The notes beneath the pieces were generated by a model that had not been told where the DNA came from, made no database searches, and worked only from the letters and a program-made list of their open reading frames with translations. Shown in pieces: positions 1 to 9,552 of a stretch of DNA of 64,000 nt. The stretch covers positions 4,224,001-4,288,000 of the forward strand of contig OZ242318.1 in NCBI GenBank assembly GCA_965208105.1, in the 5' to 3' direction. A program made the position numbers and the translations under genes. Each line of letters starts with the position of its first letter. Position 1 is the first letter of the stretch. Source of the stretch: Candidatus Latescibacterota bacterium (GTDB taxonomy: Bacteria; Latescibacterota; UBA2968; UBA8231).

Positions 1-4
1 CGCC

Positions 5-916
5 ATGCAGGCATTTCGCCAGGCCCTCCGGCTCGATCCCGGCTTCGCCCCGGCGCATTATGGCGTTGGCAATGTATTTTATCTAGGCGGGGACCTGGTG
101 GGTGCCGAGGGCGCTTTTCTCCAGGCGATACATTTCGACTCCAGTTTCGCCAAGGCTCATTTTCAATTGGCCAACGCTCTGAAGAGAAAGGGCGACCTCG
201 CCGGAGCAAAGCGGGCCTATCGCCAGGCGATCCGCTTCGACTCCGCGTTCGCCGGGGCTTACAGCAATCTGGGGGCGGTCCTCTTCGAGCAAGGCCACCT
301 GGACAGCGCCATCGAGCAGTACAGGGAAACCATCCGCATCGATTCCAACCACGCCAATGCCTACAGCAACCTGGGCTCCGCCCTCGGCGAGCGGGGAGAC
401 CTGAAGGAGGCCGTGGCAGCATTGCGCCGAGCCATCGCGCTCAAGCCCGAGCACGGCAAGGCCCATTACCAACTCGCCCATGCTCTCAGAGAGCAGGGTG
501 ACCTGGACGGTGCCATCCGCCATTACCGCGCCACGATCCGCCTCAACCCGGCACACGCCAGGGCCTATCACAATCTGGCGCTGACCCACAGGAAAAATGG
601 GGAGGTGGATACCGCCCTTCAGATGCTGAGCCAGGCCATCCGCCTGAAGCCGGACTTCGCACGGGCGCACAACAGCATGGCTTCCATCCTGAATCAGAGA
701 GGAGATGCCGAGGGAGCGGCCAGCGCTTATCGGCAGGCCATCCGCCTGAAGCCCGACTTCGCCAGTCCGCGCTTTGGTCTTGCCGCCATACTGAGGTCAC
801 AGGGGGACGACGCCGGCGCCGTCGGGCAGTATCGCGAGATCGTGCGGTCGGGCGACGACGAACACCTGCGGCTCATGGCAAGCAAGATGCTGCGCTCCAT
901 GGGGCAGGAGCCCTGA
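5..916 (+). CDS. Tetratricopeptide-repeat protein (probably 5'-truncated by window edge)
   Basis: About 8 tandem 34-aa TPR units (e.g. FAGAYSNLGAVLFEQGHLDSAIEQYRETIRIDSN); the frame is open back to position 2. Confidence 0.9.
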   Translation: MQAFRQALRLDPGFAPAHYGVGNVFYLGGDLVGAEGAFLQAIHFDSSFAKAHFQLANALKRKGDLAGAKRAYRQAIRFDSAFAGAYSNLGAVLFEQGHLDSAIEQYRETIRIDSNHANAYSNLGSALGERGDLKEAVAALRRAIALKPEHGKAHYQLAHALREQGDLDGAIRHYRATIRLNPAHARAYHNLALTHRKNGEVDTALQMLSQAIRLKPDFARAHNSMASILNQRGDAEGAASAYRQAIRLKPDFASPRFGLAAILRSQGDDAGAVGQYREIVRSGDDEHLRLMASKMLRSMGQEP

Positions 917-979
917 ATGCCGCTTCCCGGCTTCAGTTTCGGCATGCTCCCGGTTTCCTGGTGAAACTCAATCGCCCGT

Positions 980-1648
980 TCACCCGTCCGGGCCGATCTC
1001 TTCCAGGGCAACCGCTCTTGTCCACGCCGCGGTAACCCGGCGCATCTTTACCGGCATTCCGATAAAGAAGACCCTCTTTTTTACGATCTGGTCGAGGCCG
1101 TAGAGCGCGTCCACCATGGCAATGCCGTTTTCGAGCAGCCTGCGCTCGGCCGCCAGGTGACCTTCCCGGGTAGGTCCGTAGCGGAGGTTTCCACCGGAGG
1201 CCAGCAGCTTCATCTCCATCTCTATCAACCAATCCAGAGCCTCGCCGGTCATGTAGGGAAGGTCACCCATGAGTTCGGCGCTGGTCCGCGCCAGCACAAT
1301 GTCCCCTTTGCGGACGCCTGCCCGGCGGAAGTCCTCAGCGCTGATGGCCTCTCCTCCTTCCTTATGGGAAAAATTGCACACAGCTGCTTCCCCCAGATAG
1401 GATTCCAGCCTCATCCCGGCGACGTCGGGGCCCTCGTCGAGGTACTTGTAAGCCCCTTCGCAATGGGTGCCGCAGTGGGTCTGCCCCTGGATGAAGTGCA
1501 TCCGCGCTCCGTAGGCCATGAACTCCTGGACCTCGAGGGGGCGCATGACCCAGGGTTCGCCGTGAAGGTATTCCCCGTTGATTTTGCGTTCTCCCGGGAT
1601 CAATTCATAGGACAGATCGATGATGCGATATTTGCTCAAGTCAATCAT
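980..1648 (-). CDS. Cyclase / kynurenine formamidase-like metal hydrolase
   Basis: IIDLS N-terminus, HCGTHCE (variant of HxGTHxD), C-terminal P.K.....AWTRAVA; ATG 1648 is 9 nt after AGGAG. Confidence 0.8.
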   Translation of the reverse strand: MIDLSKYRIIDLSYELIPGERKINGEYLHGEPWVMRPLEVQEFMAYGARMHFIQGQTHCGTHCEGAYKYLDEGPDVAGMRLESYLGEAAVCNFSHKEGGEAISAEDFRRAGVRKGDIVLARTSAELMGDLPYMTGEALDWLIEMEMKLLASGGNLRYGPTREGHLAAERRLLENGIAMVDALYGLDQIVKKRVFFIGMPVKMRRVTAAWTRAVALEEIGPDG

Positions 1649-1714
1649 CTCCAACGACTCCTTTCATAATCGTTGACTGTATAATGCCAGTGGGCGCGGC
1701 GTTTGCTCCATACC

Positions 1715-3013
1715 TCACTGCGCGTCGTCGCGCCCGCGTTCTGCCGCGATGATTTCCATCAGATCGTTCACCCTTTCCAGGTTGCCTCCGGCCAGGTCCT
1801 CCTTCTCGCAGGGGTCGGAGCCGAGGTCGTACAGTTCTGCCCCGAGGGGGTCCATTCCCCCGTTGGTGATCAGTTTCCAGTCCTCCTGCCGGGCGGCGAA
1901 GGAATGCCCCCCGAAATTCCAGAAAATCGCCTCCCTCTCCACCGCGTTCACCTCACCCTGCAGCAGCCGCCAGACATCTATTCCATCCCATCGTGGATCG
2001 TCCTCCGGCTCATGGTCCAGCAGGCCGGCAATGGTGGGCATCCAGTCCACCATGTGGATGGGATGCTCGAGCTTGCGGGGTCTGAGGCCCGCGGGCCAGT
2101 TGATGAGGGAGGGGGTGCGAATTCCGCCCTCGTACAGTTGGGCCTTCTGGCCGCGCAGGGGCAGGTTGCTGCCCAGCCGGGGCATATCTTCCTGCCGCCC
2201 CGGGTACCTATCGGTATCGTGGATCGGATTCTCGGGAATGGCACCGTTGTCCGAGGTGAACACGATGATGGTATCCTCGCGCTGGCAGGTGCGCTCCAGC
2301 GCCTCGACCAGTTGCCCCACTCCCCAGTCCATATGGCTCGCGTAGGCGGCGTAGACCTTGAAGGAGCGGTCCCGATCCGGGTCCTCGTCGTAGGTCCCTC
2401 CGAAATAGGTGTCTATCCATGCCTGCGGGGCCTTGATGGGAGTGTGGACCGCGGTGAAGGGGACGTAGCAGAACCAGGGACCCTGCCTTGCCTCGATCCA
2501 GGCGGCCGCTTCCCTGACGATCAGGTCGGTGACGTGGCCCCGCTCCTCGAAAAGTTCGCCATTGCGGTGCCAGGTCATACTGTGGGGCCCCATCTTGTAG
2601 CGGTGGTTGTAGGGGTCCACACCTCCGGCCAAACTGCCGTAAGAGGTATCGAACCCGTAGTTGTTGGGCCGGAATTCCGGGTCGGAACCCAGGTGCCATT
2701 TGCCGAAAAGTGCCGTGTCGTAGCCGCAGTGGCGCAGCATCGTCGCCAGGGTCCGGTAGCCGTCGGGGAGCACAGGCGCGTTCGACGGAACCGTCGCATG
2801 ACGCCCGAAGCGCCCCGGATGCCTGCCGGTAAGCAGACAGACCCGGGTCGGGGTGCACATGGGACAGACATAGTGCTGGTCCAGCTCCACTCCCCGGGCC
2901 GCCAGCCGGTCGATATTGGGAGTGCGGATGTGAGAGCCGTGATAGCTCACGTCTCCCCAACCCAGGTCGTCGGCAAGGATGAAGAGGATATTCGGTTTTT
3001 CGGGGGTCATCAT
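1715..3013 (-). CDS. Formylglycine-dependent (type I) arylsulfatase
   Basis: KPNILFILADDLG, CTPTR (CxPxR) LLTGR, GKWHLG, TSDNG, LYEGGIR; no signal peptide. Confidence 0.93.
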   Translation of the reverse strand: MMTPEKPNILFILADDLGWGDVSYHGSHIRTPNIDRLAARGVELDQHYVCPMCTPTRVCLLTGRHPGRFGRHATVPSNAPVLPDGYRTLATMLRHCGYDTALFGKWHLGSDPEFRPNNYGFDTSYGSLAGGVDPYNHRYKMGPHSMTWHRNGELFEERGHVTDLIVREAAAWIEARQGPWFCYVPFTAVHTPIKAPQAWIDTYFGGTYDEDPDRDRSFKVYAAYASHMDWGVGQLVEALERTCQREDTIIVFTSDNGAIPENPIHDTDRYPGRQEDMPRLGSNLPLRGQKAQLYEGGIRTPSLINWPAGLRPRKLEHPIHMVDWMPTIAGLLDHEPEDDPRWDGIDVWRLLQGEVNAVEREAIFWNFGGHSFAARQEDWKLITNGGMDPLGAELYDLGSDPCEKEDLAGGNLERVNDLMEIIAAERGRDDAQ

Positions 3014-3145
3014 CGATGCATCTCGTTTCCCGGAGGGCACTCAACCCGGAATGGTGACCGATCTCGCTGTTGCAGGCGCACGGTCCAGGAGACAACCAGC
3101 GACTGCTTGCGCGACTCCGCGAGAATCCGGCCGACCCTGCAACAC

Positions 3146-3260
3146 GGCTCACGGCGCTGGCCCCGCTCGCCGCGCCCGGGTACGACTCCCTCAGGCGCCT
3201 TGTGAGCCGGGCGCCTCGGCGGCCTAATTGCATCAACCTATCTCTGCGACGGGACACTAG
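3146..3260 (+). mobile_element. MITE-like hairpin repeat, copy A (core plus right terminal repeat; may extend left to ~3096)
   Basis: Clear similarity to 39210-39326; ends ...TCTGCGACGGGACACTAG, a 21/22 reverse complement of the left end of copy B; the terminal CTAG is the stop codon of CDS 3257-5134. Confidence 0.8.
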
Positions 3261-5134
3261 CGCAGCAGGGTTATCGAGCGAACCGCTGCGAATGATCCCG
3301 CCCGCATGCGCAAATAATACACCCCGCTGGCAACCGCCTGGCCGCGGCCGTTGCGTCCGTCCCAGGCGGCCTGGTAGCCGCCGGGGTAGAGCAATGCGTC
3401 CACCAGGACGGCGATCCGCTGCCCGGACGCGTTGTAGATTTCCAGCTTCACCCGCTCGCCGCCGGCCGCAACGGCAAACTCGACGGTGGTCCTCCCATTG
3501 AAGGGATTGGGATGGGCCGCGCCCAGAAAATGGCCGTCCTGAGACCTCGCGTTTCCCGCCTCTTCCACCGCCGTGCGCTCCTGGGTTATTTGTCCCGACT
3601 GCAGGTCATAGGGAATGTACAGCAGCATGCCCGGTCCGAATTTTCTGCCGGGGACAAACTCGAAGTTGCGCGCGGTTAGGCTCAGGTGGGTGCCGTAATA
3701 AATGCCGTCGAAGGGTCCGCCGTCTTCGTCGACGATGGTGATGTACCAGGTGGTGTCGTTGCGGAAGGGGCCCAGGTGCCCCGACATGAAGACCTCGAAG
3801 AGGCCCGCACCGTCGCGCCCGAACACGGAAAAATGCGAACCCCGGTTGTTTCTGTAGGTAGTGACGAATGCCGCGCGTCCGCTGCCGTCGGCCTGGATCT
3901 GCAGGTTGTTCCCCGTGGCTCCCTGAGCCATGCCCAGCCCGGCGGCTTCCTCGTTGGAGATATTGTCGCCCAGGATGTCGCCGTTGCGGTTGACCCAGAT
4001 CACGCGGCCCTGGTGGTCGAGATGGGCAATATTGGGGATTCCCCAACTATTCACCCAGATTCCATGGGTATTGACGGTCAGGTGAGAGGGGCCTCTGCTG
4101 AGGGCGATCCGGTTGCCTGCCTGGTCGCTGAAAAGCAGCACGAAGAACTCGGTAAGGTCGAACTCGGCGGTGAGGTCCCCGGTTTCCTTGTCCCAGGACT
4201 CGACCGTACAGGCGGGTATGCTGCCGCGTCCCCAGTGTGCCGCGTATACCAGGTCTTTCCAGGGTTCGATTGCGGCGATGCGGTCTTCCTTGTTGGGCGC
4301 GAATCCGTGGTCCCCGAAGGAGGTGACCCGGGACCAGGACCTGAAGCTGCGATTTATCCTCATCTTGTAGATGCCGCCATGGGGGCCGGAGTGGTGCGTA
4401 GTCCAGAAGATCTCGGGATCTCGGTCGTCCACGCGCAGGCCCCCGAGGGTGCGGGCATCATCGAAGCTGAAAACCTCCTGGTTGTAATCCCAGCGTTCCC
4501 AGTCGTTCGGACGGCTGAGGTAGTCCGTGCCCAGGACACCCCGGATCACATCGCCGGCCCGATGCCGGCCCCAGCTCTCGGCCCTGCGGTCGTACTCCTG
4601 AATCCAGATTTCCGGGGGATTTTGGCGCGTATCGACGATATTGTTGCCGAACCCGAGGCGGGAGCTGGGGCCGGCAAGGACCGCTTTTTCGAGGTTGTTG
4701 ACCGCAATCAAATCGAATTCGTACTCTCTCTCGCTCACCTCTTCCCCCCACCAGCTTCTCGCACTCCAGATAAGGGTATTCGATCCCGCGTTGAATGTCT
4801 GTCCGGGGGTGATGTCGACGAGTTTGTCCTGGGCAACCAGGCGCAGCCACGCCCCCCCGGGACCCGTCACCCCGACCTCGCTGCTGTCTTTCTCGTACAC
4901 CGCCAGCCAGACCGTGCCGCGCTGGTTCAGGGAAAAGGGTATTCTCACCGGACCGCTTCCATCCCATTGAACGCTCTCGACGCTTGCGCGCATGGGATTG
5001 AATTGCCCCGATACATGGGGCAATTCGAAGATATCGTCGAATATGGGAGTGGGGGGGAAGGTCTGGGCCCACAGGCCGCCGGTGGTCGCGGAGGCCAGTG
5101 CGATTCCGATCGGGCAAAAATACAGCAAATGCAT
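3257..5134 (-). CDS. Secreted protein with N-terminal FlgD-like Ig domain, beta-rich core and C-terminal FlgD-Ig/T9SS-type sorting domain (paralog of 48736-50610)
   Basis: Signal-like N-terminus (..LWA/QT); C-terminal HPNPFN..VKLEIYNASGQ..WDGRNGRGQAVASGVYYLRM; shared blocks VQWDGSG, QNPPE, GTDYL, GRDG. Confidence 0.85.
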   Translation of the reverse strand: MHLLYFCPIGIALASATTGGLWAQTFPPTPIFDDIFELPHVSGQFNPMRASVESVQWDGSGPVRIPFSLNQRGTVWLAVYEKDSSEVGVTGPGGAWLRLVAQDKLVDITPGQTFNAGSNTLIWSARSWWGEEVSEREYEFDLIAVNNLEKAVLAGPSSRLGFGNNIVDTRQNPPEIWIQEYDRRAESWGRHRAGDVIRGVLGTDYLSRPNDWERWDYNQEVFSFDDARTLGGLRVDDRDPEIFWTTHHSGPHGGIYKMRINRSFRSWSRVTSFGDHGFAPNKEDRIAAIEPWKDLVYAAHWGRGSIPACTVESWDKETGDLTAEFDLTEFFVLLFSDQAGNRIALSRGPSHLTVNTHGIWVNSWGIPNIAHLDHQGRVIWVNRNGDILGDNISNEEAAGLGMAQGATGNNLQIQADGSGRAAFVTTYRNNRGSHFSVFGRDGAGLFEVFMSGHLGPFRNDTTWYITIVDEDGGPFDGIYYGTHLSLTARNFEFVPGRKFGPGMLLYIPYDLQSGQITQERTAVEEAGNARSQDGHFLGAAHPNPFNGRTTVEFAVAAGGERVKLEIYNASGQRIAVLVDALLYPGGYQAAWDGRNGRGQAVASGVYYLRMRAGSFAAVRSITLLR

Positions 5135-5198
5135 TACGGTTTTGCCTTCTGCAGCCCATTGCCACAAGATTCTCAGAACCAGGAGCCGGTCTCACTGG

Positions 5199-5227
5199 AA
5201 GCTACTTTGTCGCCTCGGACCGGTCAA
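5199..5227 (-). promoter_or_regulatory. Putative sigma70 promoter of the FlgD-tail gene
   Basis: TTGACC-N17-TAGCTT on the minus strand. Confidence 0.4.
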
Positions 5228-5469
5228 GCTGTCAACCGGCCGGATGGATCGCGCGGAAGGCGGCGGGCAGCGGCGGCATTGGGGAGGAAGGGCCGCGGTA
5301 ACCGGCACTCCCCGAACAGCACCGTTGCCATTCTTGAGGCGGGAGAAGAGATTGGTTAATTTTACCCCTGCCTCTCCAGGTTCATCCTTTGAGGACCGCA
5401 ACCGTCATTGGATGAAGTGGGCTGCTTCGATTTTCCAGGGAGAATGGCCTTGCCTCAGCCCTGTCCTCC

Positions 5470-6987
5470 GTGAACCGCATTCATCACAGCAACGGCAATG
5501 CGGCCGTTTCGCTCGGGCGTCGCGCCGGTTGGGTCACCCTGGGCCGTCTCAGCAACGCCGCCGCCATCCTTCTGATCGGCGTCGTCCTCTCTCGCGCCAT
5601 GCAACCCGCCGAGTACGGCCAGTACCAGCTGGTCTGGGTTTTCTTGAATCTGGCGATTCCCCTATTCCTCTTCGGCACTCCTCTGAGTATCAGCTACTTC
5701 CTGGCTCCACTGGAGGGTGCCGAGCGCGACCGGGATGCCGCGCAGCATGTCGCCCTGATTTGTTTGTTCGCTGTCCTTTTCGCCCTGGGTTCAATTGGGG
5801 TATGGATCAGCAATGGAGTGGGCCCCTTCACCATTCCTGCGGAACTCCTGCCCGTTCTGCCCCTGGCGATCCTCATCGGAACGGGCATGATCGCCTGCGG
5901 GTTCCTCGAGCCGATCCTCATCGTATACGGGAAACACAGGATTCTGGCCGGGTCCCTGCTTTCGTTCTCCGCTCTTCACCTCATCGCCGCCATGTCGGGA
6001 TGGTTTCTAGGGAACTCGCTATGGTGGATATTCCTCTGTCTGAGTTGCTCGGTGGGCATCAGGGTCATCTGGAGTTTTATCCTGCTGTTCAGTCTGTTGG
6101 GACCTGGGTCGGTGACCTTCTGCCGTCGACGTCTGGCGGAACAATTAACCTACCTCTGGCCGGTGGGAATCCGCGACGGAATCGGGATTCTGTCCCAGTT
6201 CGCCGATAAACTGATCTTCGCCTCCTTCTTCACCGTTGCCCAGTTCGCCATTTACTTCAATGGGGCCTGGGAGTTGCCCCTCGTGGGAATCGTTGTCCAT
6301 TCCCTGCTTGCAATATTGCTGCCGGAACTGCGCGTCGCCTGTCGCCGCGGGGATATGGACCAGGTGGTAAGGCTGATGCACTTTGCCGCCAGAAGAGTGG
6401 CGTTGGTGCTCTTTCCGGCAACCGCACTGGGCTTTCTCCTTGCCCACGAGATAACCAGCTTTCTGTTCGGCGAAGCCTATCGCGGCAGTGGGGACATCTT
6501 CCGCGTTTTCATTCTTCTGCTTCCCATGCGGGTATCCACCGCCGGGTCGGTACTGCTGGCGGCGAACCGCGCCCGCACCGTGTTGCTGGGCAGCCTCGCG
6601 GACCTCGTGCTGGCGGTGGCCCTTGGATTGGCCCTAATTTCCCCCCTGGGGACCCTGGGACCGGCCGTTGCCCTGGTTGGCAGTACCTTCTGCCAGGTCT
6701 GCTTCTACAACTGGCGGGTGGCGGCTGCCGTCCATCGGCCCTTGCCGATGATTCTGCCATGGCGGGCGCTCTTGAGGCTGGGGCTGCTGAGCCTGGCCTC
6801 GGCGCTGGCAGCATCCTGGCTGGTTCGCTTCGAGTCAGTTGCATTGAACCTGGTCGTACCCGGGGCTGTTTTCCTCGTATTTCTCGTGGGATTGGGCTTT
6901 GGTTTCCGTCTTTTGGAGGCCGAGGAGCGCAACGCGGTGACGGCGGCGTGGCGCCTGGTCGCGGCAAAGTGCCGTTCCATCCTATGA
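5470..6987 (+). CDS. Wzx/MOP-family oligosaccharide flippase (polysaccharide biosynthesis protein)
   Basis: 12-14 hydrophobic segments, 'PAEYGQY', 'ADKLIF..F..AQFAIYFNGA', 'FGEAY' patterns typical of Wzx. Confidence 0.8.
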   Translation: MNRIHHSNGNAAVSLGRRAGWVTLGRLSNAAAILLIGVVLSRAMQPAEYGQYQLVWVFLNLAIPLFLFGTPLSISYFLAPLEGAERDRDAAQHVALICLFAVLFALGSIGVWISNGVGPFTIPAELLPVLPLAILIGTGMIACGFLEPILIVYGKHRILAGSLLSFSALHLIAAMSGWFLGNSLWWIFLCLSCSVGIRVIWSFILLFSLLGPGSVTFCRRRLAEQLTYLWPVGIRDGIGILSQFADKLIFASFFTVAQFAIYFNGAWELPLVGIVVHSLLAILLPELRVACRRGDMDQVVRLMHFAARRVALVLFPATALGFLLAHEITSFLFGEAYRGSGDIFRVFILLLPMRVSTAGSVLLAANRARTVLLGSLADLVLAVALGLALISPLGTLGPAVALVGSTFCQVCFYNWRVAAAVHRPLPMILPWRALLRLGLLSLASALAASWLVRFESVALNLVVPGAVFLVFLVGLGFGFRLLEAEERNAVTAAWRLVAAKCRSIL

Positions 6988-7079
6988 GCGCAAAAAGGAT
7001 GCCGGGAGCGGTCGCCGATTCTCCCTGAGAAACCAGATTATGGGAAAACCTGCAAAACTCATCCTCGAGCGATAATCCA

Positions 7080-8363
7080 ATGTATGAAAGTGTCAATCCC
7101 AAGAACGTGGTTGCCGTAATTCTGGGAGGGGGACAGGGAACGCGGCTCTTTCCCCTGACCCAGTATCGTTCCAAACCGGCGGTGCCCATCGGCGGCAAGT
7201 ACCGACTGATCGACATTCCCATCAGCAACTGCCTTCACGCCGGCGTCAACAAGATCTTCGTGCTGACTCAGTTCAATTCCGCCTCACTCAATCGCCACAT
7301 CAGCGCTACCTACCAGTTCGATTCGTTCTCCGATGGTTTTGTGGAGATCCTCGCAGCCGAGCAGACCCAGGACAGCCCGGACTGGTACCAGGGAACCGCC
7401 GACGCCGTACGCCAGCAGATGCGTCACATATTTTCGCGAAAGGCCGACCAATGCCTGATTCTTTCCGGGGACCACCTCTACCGGATGGACTATCGCGCCT
7501 TTCTGTTCTCGCATCAGGAGCGCGAGGCGGAGGTCTCCATTGCGGTGAAACCGGTGGGCCGCCAAAAGGCGCCGGCGCTGGGGATCTTGAAGGCTGGAAA
7601 AGACCGGCGCGTGCTGGACTTTCACGAGAAACCCCGGGAAAAGGCCGAGTTGGATGAGCTGGAACTCGACGCGCCCCCGGGGGACGACCCCTCCGAAAAA
7701 TTCCTGGCCTCCATGGGCATCTACGTCTTTGAACCCCGGGTCCTCACCAGCCTGCTGGAGACCGACAGAAGAGCAGACTTCGGCAGGCACATCATTCCCG
7801 CGGCCATTCAGCGGGTAAGGGTTTTTGCCTTTCCCTTCCACGACTACTGGGAGGACATCGGGACCATCCGCTCCTTCTACGAGGCGAACCTGGCCCTGAC
7901 CAATCCGGATCCTCCATTCGAGTTCGATCTTCCCGACGCTCCCATCTATACCCACCAGCGCTATTTGGGCGGAGCGCGATTGGGAGGATGCAGAATCGAA
8001 CGGGGAATCGTGGCCGATGGATCATACATCGGCATGGGTGAGATCGAGCATTCGGTTATCGGCATCCGCAGCATTATCGGGGAAGGGACCCGCATCTACC
8101 ACACGGTGATGATGGGAGCCGACTACTACGAGACCACCTCGGATTTGGAGAAAAACGTGGCCAATGGCGTACCGCACGTCGGCATCGGCGCAAATTCGGT
8201 GATCAGCAGAGCCATCATCGACAAGAATGCCCGCATCGGCGAGAAGGTGATAATCGCCAACGACCGCGGAATCAAGGAAGCAGACGCCGAAAACTACTTC
8301 ATCCGCGACGGCATCGTCCTGGTGCCCAAGGGGGCGGTGATCCCTGCCGGCACGGTTATCTGA
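7080..8363 (+). CDS. glgC: Glucose-1-phosphate adenylyltransferase
   Basis: ILGGGQGTRLFPLT..RSKPAVP, YQGTADAV, LSGDHLYRMDY, ASMGIYVF, C-terminal beta-helix. Confidence 0.97.
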   Translation: MYESVNPKNVVAVILGGGQGTRLFPLTQYRSKPAVPIGGKYRLIDIPISNCLHAGVNKIFVLTQFNSASLNRHISATYQFDSFSDGFVEILAAEQTQDSPDWYQGTADAVRQQMRHIFSRKADQCLILSGDHLYRMDYRAFLFSHQEREAEVSIAVKPVGRQKAPALGILKAGKDRRVLDFHEKPREKAELDELELDAPPGDDPSEKFLASMGIYVFEPRVLTSLLETDRRADFGRHIIPAAIQRVRVFAFPFHDYWEDIGTIRSFYEANLALTNPDPPFEFDLPDAPIYTHQRYLGGARLGGCRIERGIVADGSYIGMGEIEHSVIGIRSIIGEGTRIYHTVMMGADYYETTSDLEKNVANGVPHVGIGANSVISRAIIDKNARIGEKVIIANDRGIKEADAENYFIRDGIVLVPKGAVIPAGTVI

Positions 8364-8642
8364 ATTCGGAAGATCTTGATGTCCTGAGCTTGCGATCTAC
8401 GGACCTGGCTGTTTAGCTTCTTTTTCCGCTCCGGACCGTTTTCTTCCCGTTTCACTGTACAGGTTTTCTTCCGGGTATATTCCGGATCAGGGCACAGGGA
8501 CCGGCGCTGGTAATTCTGCCGCCGTCGGGCCCCTTGCGCCAAGGGGAGCTTCCTGGTAACCGGATGTTCTCGATCGGAAATGGTACGGGAGCGGATTCAA
8601 CGATGCAGATCTCGTAAACGCTCCGCAAGGAGGACGAGGAAG

Positions 8643-9377
8643 ATGAAGGCCAAACTGCAAGGAGAGACAGCGCTGGTAACGGGCGGAGGAAGAGGCATCG
8701 GCCGAGCAATCTGCAAGGTCTTTGCCCGCGAGGGAGCCCGCGTTGCCGTCGCCGATATCGAAATGGACAGCGCCCTTCGCACCGCGGAAGCACTTCCCAC
8801 GGAAAGTCTGGCTCTGGAGATGGACGTGAGTTCCGGCAGCTCGGTTCGCTCCGGCTTCGAGTATATCCTGAATGAATTCGGCCGACTCGATATCCTGGTC
8901 AACAACGCCGGCTTGCTGATCCTTCACAGCTTTGAGGATTGCACCGAGGAAATATGGAATCGCACCCTGGACGTCAATCTGAAAGGTTGCTTCCTCTGTG
9001 CCCAGGCCGCCCTGAGCCACATGAAGGACAGGAGGAGCGGAGCCATCGTCAACATGACTTCCCTGGCAGGCAAAACAGGAGGAATAGTTGCCGGTCCGGC
9101 CTATGGGGCGGCCAAGGCTGGAGTGCTGGCCCTCACTCTCGGGTTGGCCCGCTACTCGGCCTCTTTCAAGGTAAGGGTCAACGGCATAGCCCCGGGAATC
9201 ATAGCAACCGAAATGACGAGCAATCCACTGCACAACGAGCTCGCCGAGGACGTTCCCCTGGGAGAAAAGGGCAGGCCCGAGGACGTCGCCAACTGCGCCC
9301 TGTTTCTGGCCTCCGGTGACGCCAGCCACATTACCGGGGAGATCATCGATGTCAACGGCGGCCTGCTCATGGACTAG
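8643..9377 (+). CDS. Short-chain dehydrogenase/reductase (FabG-like)
   Basis: TGGGRGIG, NNAG, YGAAK, VNGIAPG, ITGEIIDVNGG. Confidence 0.92.
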   Translation: MKAKLQGETALVTGGGRGIGRAICKVFAREGARVAVADIEMDSALRTAEALPTESLALEMDVSSGSSVRSGFEYILNEFGRLDILVNNAGLLILHSFEDCTEEIWNRTLDVNLKGCFLCAQAALSHMKDRRSGAIVNMTSLAGKTGGIVAGPAYGAAKAGVLALTLGLARYSASFKVRVNGIAPGIIATEMTSNPLHNELAEDVPLGEKGRPEDVANCALFLASGDASHITGEIIDVNGGLLMD

Positions 9378-9398
9378 TGAAAGGCTGAACGGCGGAGC

Positions 9399-9524
9399 GG
9401 GTGCCTGCGAGAACAGGCAGGCTCGGGAGAGAGGGCGACGAGAAGCTCCTGGCCCGAAGGGCGCTTGGGCGAGTGTAACGCCGCGAGAGGGGATGCCGAG
9501 CCGGCCGAACTCAGGCAGGCACTC
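9399..9524 (-). repeat. Degenerate hairpin repeat related to the MITE-like family and to 11746-11885
   Basis: Own terminal IR GTGCCTGC/GCAGGCAC (9401-9408, 9515-9522); reverse complement of 9462-9493 matches 11791-11822 at 24/32; shares GTGCCTGCCTG and TTCGGCCG. Confidence 0.5.
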
Positions 9525-9552
9525 GAGCAGGGATGTCCCGCAGATTCACGGG

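Noticed and set aside
3070-3501. Similar peptides in ORFs 3070-3501, 39220-39564 and 62810-63253 suggesting a small protein family
   Set aside because: The similarity comes from translating the MITE-like DNA repeat in different frames
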